Shown here: one piece after another, positions 13,574 to 21,253 of the stretch | How the letters are laid out: every line of letters starts with the position of its first letter | Position numbering within the stretch: the first letter of the stretch is position 1 | Origin: a virus | Taxonomy: Duplodnaviria; Heunggongvirae; Uroviricota; Caudoviricetes | Strand: one strand, 5' to 3' | Virus record (IMG/VR): IMGVR_UViG_3300036790_000261 | Location: 1-24,724 of that record | DNA length: 24,724 nucleotides | The notes under the pieces: model-generated | What the model was told of the DNA's origin: nothing | The model's database searches: none | The model's input: only the letters and a program-made list of their open reading frames with translations | Position numbers and translations under genes: made by a program

Positions 13574-14935
13574 GTGGCTTCGGACCTTGCCAAGTCGCTT
13601 CACGACCAGGAGCTTGACGTCTGGGGCAAGATTCAGTCCCTCGCGCAGGCTGCTGCCACCGAGAAGCGCAACCTTACTGACGACGAGCAGCGCTCTTACG
13701 ACGCGATGCACGCTGAGCTCGACGGCGTTGACAAGCGCCTCAAGGACATCCTTGAGGGCGAGAAGCGCACCGCGGCGTCTGACGAGATGTTCGCCAGCCT
13801 TGAGCAGCGCACCTCGAACCCGGGGGCCAACCGCCGGCCGAACGAGTTCGAGATGGAGCTGCGCTCCTTCGTCGCCGGCGAGCGGCGCGCGATCGACATC
13901 GTGTCGACTGAGTCGCGGATCATGAACCGGCTTGCTACCGGCCGGCCCGTCAGCCCGTACGAGGTCCGTGTCCTGACTGACGCCTACGTGGCGCCTGGCT
14001 CGTTCACGAACCAGACCAACGCCGGCATCGTGCCGATTGACTTCTACGATCAATTGCTCTCGTACCTCATTGAGGTCTCGGGCGTGATGCAGACTGGCCC
14101 GACCGTGCTGAACACCGCGGGCGGCGAGCCGATCCAGGTTCCCATCGTGCAGCAGCACACCGGCCTGACCACGGCCGGCGCGCAGGTTGAGGTTTCCGCC
14201 GCGCAGTCGGCGACGCTGGCCACGGCTGACCCCGGCTTCGGCCAGAAGACGCTGACCGCGAACAAGTTCGGCATCCTGATCCAGGTGGCCCGCGAGCTGA
14301 TCGACGACTCCGGCGTCAACCTGCTCGGCTACCTGGCCATGTCGGCCGGCCGCGCGATCGGCAACCGGCTCGGCAACGCGCTGATCAACGGCGGCGACGG
14401 CATCTCCGGCTCGATCCTCGGTGCGCCCATCGCAGTGACCGGCGGCTCGGCCTCGGCGGTGTCCGGCACCAACCAGGTTGCGGGCGGCCCGTCGTACTCC
14501 AACCTGATCGACATGGAGTACAGCGTCATCGCGCCGTACCGCCAGTCGCGGTCCTGCTACTGGCTCGCGGCCGACCAGACGATGGGCTCGCTCCGGAAGC
14601 TGACCGACACCGTCGGCCGCCCCCTCTGGGAGCCCTCCACTGTCCTCGGCTCGCCTGACCTGCTTCTCGGCAAGCCGCTGGTCGCGGACCCGTTCATGCC
14701 GGCTTACGGCACCGCCGCGACGTCCATCGTGTTCGGCGACTTCAGCCAGTACTTCGTCCGGATGGTCGGCGGGGTGCGGTTCGAGCGGTCGGACGACTTC
14801 GCGTTCGGCAGCGACCTGGTGTCCTTCCGGGCCATCATCCGCGCGGACGGCCAGCTGATGAACCCGCCCGTCGCGGTCACCCCTGGCAACAAGGGCCAGC
14901 CCCTGGTCCTGTTCAAGGGCGGCGCCACGGCGTAA
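13574..14935 (+). CDS. Major capsid protein, HK97 fold with N-terminal delta (scaffold) domain (453 aa)
   Basis: GTG 13574 after GGAAGGA; coiled-coil N-terminus; SRELIDDS-like ARELIDDS, KL.DT.GRPLWEP, LLGKPLV, VFGDFSQY, RF.RSDD..F..D.V.FR...R.DG. Confidence 0.97.
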   Translation: MASDLAKSLHDQELDVWGKIQSLAQAAATEKRNLTDDEQRSYDAMHAELDGVDKRLKDILEGEKRTAASDEMFASLEQRTSNPGANRRPNEFEMELRSFVAGERRAIDIVSTESRIMNRLATGRPVSPYEVRVLTDAYVAPGSFTNQTNAGIVPIDFYDQLLSYLIEVSGVMQTGPTVLNTAGGEPIQVPIVQQHTGLTTAGAQVEVSAAQSATLATADPGFGQKTLTANKFGILIQVARELIDDSGVNLLGYLAMSAGRAIGNRLGNALINGGDGISGSILGAPIAVTGGSASAVSGTNQVAGGPSYSNLIDMEYSVIAPYRQSRSCYWLAADQTMGSLRKLTDTVGRPLWEPSTVLGSPDLLLGKPLVADPFMPAYGTAATSIVFGDFSQYFVRMVGGVRFERSDDFAFGSDLVSFRAIIRADGQLMNPPVAVTPGNKGQPLVLFKGGATA

Positions 14936-14968
14936 GGTTTACCTGCTTAGCGGATGCCTGCTCTACGG

Positions 14969-15003
14969 GAAGCCCCTCGTCAGTTAACCTGGCGGGGGGC
15001 TTC
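14969..15003 (+). terminator. Terminator downstream of the capsid gene
   Basis: 15-bp stem GAAGCCCCTCGTCAG / CTGGCGGGGGGCTTC (2 G-U), loop TTAAC. Confidence 0.65.
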
Positions 15004-15021
15004 GCCGTTTACGGAGGACAC

Positions 15022-15495
15022 ATGAGGGCCATCAGGATCACGCAGGCGAACTGGCTGAACGACCAGGTTGGCGGGGACCGGAACGACATCAAGCTCGTGC
15101 AGGACGAGATGGCGTACGGGGCGGTTGAGGTGCACCAGATCGCGGTGTACGCACCCGAGTACGACCCGGTGCCGTTTCCCGTGATGCCGGCCGAGACGGC
15201 GGTGGAACTGCAGGACACCCCGTTGACGGTTGCTGAGTCCGCCGGGCAGGCTGAGCGTGACGCCGCCGATGAACTCGTGAAGATGTCCGAGGAGCTCGGC
15301 CTCTACGACGACCCGCCGCATCAGCCTTGGGAAGATGCCGCCGGGCCTAGCGACGTCGAGCCGCCGAAGATGCCGTGGATAACGCACAGCAAGGCGAAGT
15401 GGGTTGAGTGGGCGATTCACCAGGGGGCTAACTCAGGGCTAGCGGCTGCGATGACGAAGAACGAGCTGATGTCCCGCTATGGGGAACGCCTTTAA
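15022..15495 (+). CDS. Hypothetical post-capsid protein with C-terminal helix-extension-helix-like motif
   Basis: SD GGAGG; C-terminal KAKWVEWA..QG..AAAMTKNELM, a pattern typical of small proteins after actinophage capsid genes. Confidence 0.8.
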   Translation: MRAIRITQANWLNDQVGGDRNDIKLVQDEMAYGAVEVHQIAVYAPEYDPVPFPVMPAETAVELQDTPLTVAESAGQAERDAADELVKMSEELGLYDDPPHQPWEDAAGPSDVEPPKMPWITHSKAKWVEWAIHQGANSGLAAAMTKNELMSRYGERL

Positions 15496-15538
15496 GCGCC
15501 CTACACTGGGAATATAGCGTCCAGCAAGGAGACTTCTC

Positions 15539-16069
15539 ATGGCAGCTGTTTCAGACGGCACTAACCCGGGCCGCAGCTCGCGCCCTGAGCGCCAGTCGCC
15601 GGGCCGGAAGCGCAACGGCCGCGCCGAGTCCGGTGTCGACCCCACTAATGAGAACGGCCAGGTCCCGTCCGAGATCTTCGGCTTCTCGCAGACTTACTCC
15701 ACCGGCGCCCGCGGCAGCTCCGGCGGTCACGAGCCTACTGACGTGACGCTGATGCCCGGCCAGCTCGACACCGGCCTCGCCCAGGTGTCCGGCTCGGAGA
15801 TCACCTCGACCGGCGCCCCGGGCAGCACGGGCGCCCGCTCCGGAAGCTCCGGCGGCGAGACGGTCACCTACACCGACTTCTTCGGCTTCATGGGCCAGGA
15901 GCACCGCGAGAGCTCGGCGACCATGCACGTTGACGGCCCCGGTGACTCCACCCAGTTCGGCGACAACAGCGGCTTCAGCGGCGTCACCCTGCCGATCCTG
16001 CAGAATGCGCGGCCGACTTCTAGCGGCGCGGGCATGGGTCACGTCCGGGGTGCCGGCAAGGGACTGTGA
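15539..16069 (+). CDS. Gly/Ser/Thr-rich low-complexity hypothetical protein (176 aa)
   Basis: SD AAGGAG; GC3-biased codons; GTGA overlap with the next gene. Confidence 0.8.
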   Translation: MAAVSDGTNPGRSSRPERQSPGRKRNGRAESGVDPTNENGQVPSEIFGFSQTYSTGARGSSGGHEPTDVTLMPGQLDTGLAQVSGSEITSTGAPGSTGARSGSSGGETVTYTDFFGFMGQEHRESSATMHVDGPGDSTQFGDNSGFSGVTLPILQNARPTSSGAGMGHVRGAGKGL

Positions 16070-16257
16070 TGGCTAAGGACGAGTCAGGGGCGAGATGGCC
16101 GGCCTGGCCGGTTTACGGGGCGGTAGGCGCAAACGGGAATTACGACCCGGTCGCGGGAACTGCGTACGTGTCAGATTTCACCCTGACCCCGTCCGGCCTC
16201 GCTGAGCAGGAAGCCGCGCAGCCCGCAGAGGAGGTACCTGATGAAGGACCTGAGTGA
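16066..16257 (+). CDS. Hypothetical protein (63 aa)
   Basis: Coupled start; overlaps the next gene. Confidence 0.6.
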   Translation: MMAKDESGARWPAWPVYGAVGANGNYDPVAGTAYVSDFTLTPSGLAEQEAAQPAEEVPDEGPE

Positions 16258-16486
16258 CCTTGCCCGGGGCAGCCTGACGATGAATTCGTCGATGGCCGCA
16301 GGTAACACTGTCAGCGTGAACCCTCCTTTCAGCCCCGTCGGGACCGAGTCTGAGGCTTACGCGGACATCCAGCTGCACTCGGAGCCTGAGCCTGACCTCG
16401 GCCCGAACAACGACCACCAGCTGAAGACGCTGACCGGCGACACCGGCTCTTTCCGGCCGACCGCGCTGACCTGGAAGAAGGTGTAG
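16241..16486 (+). CDS. Hypothetical protein (81 aa)
   Basis: SD GAGGAGG before the ATG. Confidence 0.7.
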   Translation: MKDLSDLARGSLTMNSSMAAGNTVSVNPPFSPVGTESEAYADIQLHSEPEPDLGPNNDHQLKTLTGDTGSFRPTALTWKKV

Positions 16487-16749
16487 TGATGGCACAGAGC
16501 TGGGGCCCGATCCACCAGGCCACCACCGACGGCAAGACGGCTGGTCACGGGGACGGCACGGTAACCACCCCGCACGTCGGCAGCAGCCTGCACGGCGAGA
16601 ACTACGACGCCACCGACGGGCGGCACAACAAGGCTGACCACCAAGGCTGGCCGTCGGTCGACCACCTGTCCGGCCCGACCAGCCACGACGACTTCGGCAG
16701 CAAGGCCGGGTCGTTCGAGGACGGCCCCGGAGTGTGGCGCCAGACATGA
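16486..16749 (+). CDS. Gly/His/Asp-rich hypothetical protein (87 aa)
   Basis: Start overlaps the previous stop; AAGGTG upstream. Confidence 0.7.
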   Translation: MMAQSWGPIHQATTDGKTAGHGDGTVTTPHVGSSLHGENYDATDGRHNKADHQGWPSVDHLSGPTSHDDFGSKAGSFEDGPGVWRQT

Positions 16750-16834
16750 CAGTGGCCCGCCGCTAAACTCAAGACAGCTCGCCGTGGCCTGCTAGCAGGA
16801 GCCGGCATCGATTTGTAATGATGCCGGAGTCCTG

Positions 16835-17248
16835 ATGATTCTCCTGTCCACCACGTTCGCCGACAACCTGCTGGGCACGGGCACTGAGGGCGTAGCCACG
16901 CAGATCGGCGGCGGCACCCTCATTATCTACAGCGGCACTGCCCCGACCGGCCCGAATGAGGGACTGTCCGGTAACACCGCGCTCGCTACCTTCACGTTCT
17001 CGGCGGCAGGCAGCCAGGGCTCCCCGGCGTCCGGTTCAATGACCCTGGTGTTCGCAGCCACCACGGTTACCGCAGCTGCGTCAGCTACCGCGACGTTCTT
17101 CCGGATTGCCAGCAGCGTGCCGACCGCCCTGATTCAGGGCACCGTCGGCACGTCAGGCGCCGACTTCAATCTCTCGTCCACCACGATCACTTCCGGCGAC
17201 AACGTTGCCATCACCGGCACGCCGACGATCTCCTGGACGGTGACCTGA
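16835..17248 (+). CDS. Probable virion structural protein (137 aa, beta-rich)
   Basis: GGTLIIYSGTAP..ALATFTFS..TATFFRI..IQGTVGTSGADFNLSSTTITSG, a pattern typical of small structural proteins that precede fibre genes. Confidence 0.75.
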   Translation: MILLSTTFADNLLGTGTEGVATQIGGGTLIIYSGTAPTGPNEGLSGNTALATFTFSAAGSQGSPASGSMTLVFAATTVTAAASATATFFRIASSVPTALIQGTVGTSGADFNLSSTTITSGDNVAITGTPTISWTVT

Positions 17249-17874
17249 TGTCCGGCCAGCAGTGGGTGTCGCTGCTTAATCCGGCGAGCCCGCGTGCTTC
17301 CGGCGCCGGCACCGTGCTCAACACCGCGGCGACCGCCACCATCTCACCCTGCCAGGCGGGCGCGCTGACGGCTGACGTCGCCACGGTTAACCCGGACGGC
17401 TACCCGGTGCTTGCCTGGTACCCCGGCCTGCTGATCCGGGTTCTCGCCCGCGGTTTCCTGACTACCACCGGAACCTCCACCACCGCTACCTGGCTGCTGC
17501 GCGCCAATAAGGGCAACAGCAACAGCTTTACGACCCTCGCCACCACGGTCGCCTTGACCACAGGTACCGGTTCGGTGACCGGCCTGCAGTGGAAGATAGA
17601 GGCTCTGCTGCGGTGCACGGCAGTCGGCAGCGGTACCAGCGGCAGCGTCTCGACGCAGGGCGAGTTTTGTATCCTCAGCGCGGTTACGGCTAACCCCGTC
17701 GGTCTAGCAGGCACGACGGGCAACGACACGAACATGCCGATGCCGAACATCTCGGGTGAGACGGCGCTAGGGCTAGACACCACGCAGGTCACGGGTATCG
17801 GCCTGGCGGCGACACTAGCAGGCGCGAACGCGACGGTTCAGTGCACGCAGTGGCTCGTGGAAGCCCTCGACTAA
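17248..17874 (+). CDS. Thr/Gly/Ala-rich probable virion protein (208 aa)
   Basis: TGATG coupling; beta-strand-like composition. Confidence 0.75.
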   Translation: MSGQQWVSLLNPASPRASGAGTVLNTAATATISPCQAGALTADVATVNPDGYPVLAWYPGLLIRVLARGFLTTTGTSTTATWLLRANKGNSNSFTTLATTVALTTGTGSVTGLQWKIEALLRCTAVGSGTSGSVSTQGEFCILSAVTANPVGLAGTTGNDTNMPMPNISGETALGLDTTQVTGIGLAATLAGANATVQCTQWLVEALD

Positions 17875-17898
17875 CGGCTGCCTAACTGGAGGTAGCCC

Positions 17899-19932
17899 GT
17901 GGCAATAACAGTCACCGCCACGATGAGCGGTACCACGGCCCTTGAGCACATCTACCTGTGGATCAGGGTCCTCACCGGGGCTACCGAGACCGGCGGCGCC
18001 AGCGTCTCAGGCGTTAACGCGTCCGGCGGTGCGAGCGTCACCGCGAGCCTGACCCCGAACTTCAGCAACTCGCTGCCCTGCTTCGCGATCACCGCGGACA
18101 ACTGGGGCGGCTCGTTCACCGCGGCGACGAACAACACGATCGACTCCGGCTCCAACGACGCAGACGACTGGGGCGCCGGGTTCGGCCGCTACACCGGTAC
18201 CGTCACGGCGAGCTCAGCGCTGACGTTCGGCGCGTCGGGGGTCGGCGGCGGCACTGACTACACGTCCTGGGCGTGCTACGAGGTCCCGTCTACCGGGGGC
18301 AGCACCCCGTCGATCGACGCCTCGTCCCCGGCGCTGGCCGCAGCGACCGGCTCGCTCGTCAAGACAGTTACCTCGGCTAGCTTCACCCCGCCCGCCGGGT
18401 CGGTTGTCGTCGCGATGGTCTGCGGCGGCGGCAACGGCACGTCCGGGCCGTTCATCATGACGGTGACCGACACCAGCGTGATGACCTGGACGCAGCGGGC
18501 CGGGTCGCCGACAATTGCCGACCAGGACACCTTCGTCTTCACGGCTACTGTCCCGGGTGCCGCCGGGGCTCCGGCTCTCCCGGTGCCCCTGCTGCTGGTA
18601 CCGCCCGGCCGCAGCTCGCCGATGTCTCGCCGGCTGCTGACGACGCTATTGCCGCTGAGCGCGCAAACCGAGTCCGGCGCTTTCACTGTCCCGCTGCCTG
18701 CCCTGGCGACCTCCCTGACTGGCGTGATAGAGCACCAGGGGTCGTTCAGCGTGCCGCTGCCCGCTCCTGTCACCGCGCTGACCGGCACGGCCCAGCAGAC
18801 TGAGTCCGGCGTTTTCGCCGTCCCGCTGCCTGCCCTGGCGACGGCCCTGACGGGCGTGGTCGTCCATACCGGGTCCCTCAGCCTTCCGCTGCCTGCCCCG
18901 GCTACCTCGCTAACGGGTACGGCCCAGCACACCGAGTCAGGCCCCCTGGCGATACCGCTGCCTTCACCTGTCACGGCGCTGACTGGCAAGCTTGGTCACA
19001 CGGGCAGCCTCTCCGTGGCGCTGCCTTCACCCGTGACCTCGCTAACGGGTACGGCCCAGCACACTGAATCTGGCGCGTTCACCATCACGCTGCCCGGCCC
19101 GGCGACTTCGCTAACCGGAATCCAGGGCACGGCAGGCTCATTCACGATCACGCTGCCCGCCCCCGCGACCTCGCTAACCGGAACCGCCCAGCACACTGCG
19201 TCCGGGTCGCTCAGCATCCCGCTGCCCGCCCCCGCCACGTCGCTGTCGGGTAAGACCGGGCACGCCGGCAGCTTCTCCGTACTACTTCCGGCGCCTGCCA
19301 CCGCGCTGTCGGGTACGGCTCAGCACACCGAGTCCGGCGCATTCGCGATCACGCTGCCCGTCCTGGTGCTGCCCCTGACGGGAACTTCCGGGACGCCGGG
19401 GACGGTAACCGGCGCGTTCGTGATCGTGCTGCCGCCTGGCGTCCGCCAGGAGACAGAGTCCGGTGCGCTCACCCTGGCACTGCCGGTCCTCAAGACTGCG
19501 CTGACCGGGTCTGTCGGGCGGCACGGGGCCTTCGCGATCACGCTGCCTGCAGCCCGCACTGCCCTGGCGGCGCACGTGCCGGTCACTACCTCCGGGGCAC
19601 TCGCCATCGTCTTGCCGCCGCCGGTCACCGCGCTGTCGGGACACGCGCCTGCCACCGTATCCGGGCAGCCAGCGCTCACCCTGCCGTCGCCTGCCACCGG
19701 TCTCACCGGCGTGATCACGCATCTCGGCCTGTTCAGCGTGTCCCTCGACGTGCCTGCAGACCACCTGACCCGGTTTGAGATGTTCGGCTGCGAGTCCCGG
19801 GTAAGCGTCGCCGCTCGGCTGCCCGCTCTCGTCACGACCCTGGCGGCACGCGTTCCTGACCAGCCGGGCTACCGGACCAGCTACCTCGCCGGCCGGTGGA
19901 TCTCCGTGCGCCTGCCTAAGAAGGAGGCCTGA
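17899..19932 (+). CDS. Fibre-like virion protein: N-terminal beta domain plus Ser/Thr/Pro-rich repeat stalk (677 aa)
   Basis: SD GGAGG; PPGRSSP linker; five 44-aa repeats then degenerate copies. Confidence 0.85.
   Translation: MAITVTATMSGTTALEHIYLWIRVLTGATETGGASVSGVNASGGASVTASLTPNFSNSLPCFAITADNWGGSFTAATNNTIDSGSNDADDWGAGFGRYTGTVTASSALTFGASGVGGGTDYTSWACYEVPSTGGSTPSIDASSPALAAATGSLVKTVTSASFTPPAGSVVVAMVCGGGNGTSGPFIMTVTDTSVMTWTQRAGSPTIADQDTFVFTATVPGAAGAPALPVPLLLVPPGRSSPMSRRLLTTLLPLSAQTESGAFTVPLPALATSLTGVIEHQGSFSVPLPAPVTALTGTAQQTESGVFAVPLPALATALTGVVVHTGSLSLPLPAPATSLTGTAQHTESGPLAIPLPSPVTALTGKLGHTGSLSVALPSPVTSLTGTAQHTESGAFTITLPGPATSLTGIQGTAGSFTITLPAPATSLTGTAQHTASGSLSIPLPAPATSLSGKTGHAGSFSVLLPAPATALSGTAQHTESGAFAITLPVLVLPLTGTSGTPGTVTGAFVIVLPPGVRQETESGALTLALPVLKTALTGSVGRHGAFAITLPAARTALAAHVPVTTSGALAIVLPPPVTALSGHAPATVSGQPALTLPSPATGLTGVITHLGLFSVSLDVPADHLTRFEMFGCESRVSVAARLPALVTTLAARVPDQPGYRTSYLAGRWISVRLPKKEA
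18664..19323 (+). repeat. Five tandem 132-bp (44-aa) coding repeats, each two ~22-aa G[SA][FL]xxxLPxPxTxLTG sub-units
   Basis: Units start [QH]T[EA]SG at 18664, 18796, 18928, 19060 and 19192; a sixth degenerate unit starts at 19324. Confidence 0.9.
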
Positions 19933-19933
19933 C

Positions 19934-20221
19934 GTGCACTGGCTCGGCTGGCTTATCGGGATCTACCCGGTGCCGCAGGGGACGTCCCCTATGTACCAGC
20001 TATGGTCCGGGTTCATCCCGGCGCTGGCCGTGCTTTCCCTCGCCGGCGGCCTCTGGGGGCACTTCAAGAGAATCAACTGCCACGTGCACGGCTGCTGGCG
20101 GATCGGCCGTTACGACCTTCAGGGGTTTAAAGTCTGCCACGCTCACTACCCTGACGACCGGGTGAGGCGAGGCGGCGTTGCCTGGGACCACCTGCGGGAA
20201 AAGATTGACGAGCGGCCGTGA
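19934..20221 (+). CDS. Membrane protein with CH..GC..C..H motif (95 aa)
   Basis: TM FIPALAVLSLAGGLWG followed by NCHVHGCWRIGR..VCHAH; GTGA overlap with the channel gene. Confidence 0.7.
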   Translation: MHWLGWLIGIYPVPQGTSPMYQLWSGFIPALAVLSLAGGLWGHFKRINCHVHGCWRIGRYDLQGFKVCHAHYPDDRVRRGGVAWDHLREKIDERP

Positions 20222-20556
20222 ACGTCCACCACCAGCGGGCGTTGCTAGTCCTGGTGCTGACCCTTGCCCTCGACGTCGCTCTCGGCGTGCTGTATGGCCT
20301 GGCCGATCACGTGCACGTCCTGCACGGCATGTACTGCGCTCTCGGTACTGCGACCACCGTCGGCTGCGATATTTTGCCTGCCAACGGCTTCGCCTACGTG
20401 CTGTCCGCGGTCATGATGGTCACTGTCGTCCCGCTGTTTGCTTCAGTTTTCGCGTTTTTCACCAGCGGCCTGACGGCTGACCACGTTGATACGCTGACCG
20501 ACAAGCAGACCCAGGACATCAAGGAGCACGTGAATGACACTGTTCGCAAGTCGTGA
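20218..20556 (+). CDS. Miniature two-TM KcsA-like (Ion_trans_2) channel with non-canonical filter (112 aa)
   Basis: TM1, pore helix LHGMYCALGTATT, VGC-D, ILPAN, TM2; aligns by eye to KcsA RALWWSVETATTVGYGDLYPVT. Confidence 0.8.
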   Translation: MNVHHQRALLVLVLTLALDVALGVLYGLADHVHVLHGMYCALGTATTVGCDILPANGFAYVLSAVMMVTVVPLFASVFAFFTSGLTADHVDTLTDKQTQDIKEHVNDTVRKS

Positions 20557-20812
20557 CTCAATTAGCGGGGTCGTGACGGTCCACGTCACCTACGGGCCTG
20601 TTTCTATCACGGTCGACGAGGCTGAAGGCCACATGCTGCAGTTCTGGCACGAGCTTGGGCAGCTGGTCGCCGCGGAGGATAACGAGAAGCGAGCTAGGGC
20701 AGGTTACGAGCGAGCCCGGGAATTGATGCGGCAGCGCGGTGAGGCGATCTGCACCTGGGACGGCCTGCTCCCGGAGAACCAAGACTTCTGGGTCGCCGCG
20801 TTCACGGAGTAA
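20534..20812 (+). CDS. Hypothetical protein (92 aa)
   Basis: SD AAGGAG before the ATG. Confidence 0.7.
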   Translation: MTLFASRDSISGVVTVHVTYGPVSITVDEAEGHMLQFWHELGQLVAAEDNEKRARAGYERARELMRQRGEAICTWDGLLPENQDFWVAAFTE

Positions 20813-20953
20813 GCTTCCCGCAGGTTTGCAAGCACTTGCCCGAGCCGTTCGAGTCGGCAGGCTGCCCGGGAAGCTACAGGCCCCTAGCAGGTGCGGCCGT
20901 TCGATCCGGCCAGCGTCGTCCCCCGCCCCGGCGACGGGGACGACGCGCTGGCC
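20812..20953 (+). ncRNA. Putative structured RNA region with two tRNA-type T-loop hairpins and a long terminal hairpin
   Basis: 9-bp stem 20812-20820/20867-20875 enclosing GCCG-TTCGAGT-CGGC (20844-20858); GGCCG-TTCGATC-CGGCC (20895-20911); 16-bp bulged hairpin 20908-20953. Confidence 0.45.
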
Positions 20954-20965
20954 TAGGATGCGGTC

Positions 20966-21244
20966 ATGGCTAAGAACAAGAAGGTCAAGCCGATCGCTGA
21001 GTCTGCCGCGCGTGACCTTGACGAGACCCGGCGCCTCGCTTACACGCTGCTCGCCGGCGTTGACCGCAAAGACCGGGAACTAGCTGGCACCCTGGTTAAC
21101 GCGCTAGTGCACCACCAGGGGGCGGGCGCCGTGGACGAGGCGATGGCGCAGGTCTGCGCACTGCTGGAGAGTCCGCAGGACGACGAGGCTCGCCGGTGGA
21201 TGCTGCGTCACGTCAAGAGGATCACGGACGCCCTCGGGGACTAG
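20966..21244 (+). CDS. Helical hypothetical protein (92 aa)
   Basis: ATG 6 nt after TAGGAT; GC3-biased codons. Confidence 0.7.
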   Translation: MAKNKKVKPIAESAARDLDETRRLAYTLLAGVDRKDRELAGTLVNALVHHQGAGAVDEAMAQVCALLESPQDDEARRWMLRHVKRITDALGD

Positions 21245-21253
21245 CATGCCCCT

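Noticed and set aside
18664-19932. Diversity-generating retroelement or invertible tail-fibre cassette
   Set aside because: Repeats differ mainly at synonymous and conservative sites, not adenine-specifically; no reverse transcriptase or invertase in the window
20936-20962. D-arm of a permuted tRNA/YrlA (GGCCTAGGA resembles a tRNA-Glu D-loop)
   Set aside because: No D-stem partner; TAGGAT is better explained as the -10 box or SD of the 20966 gene
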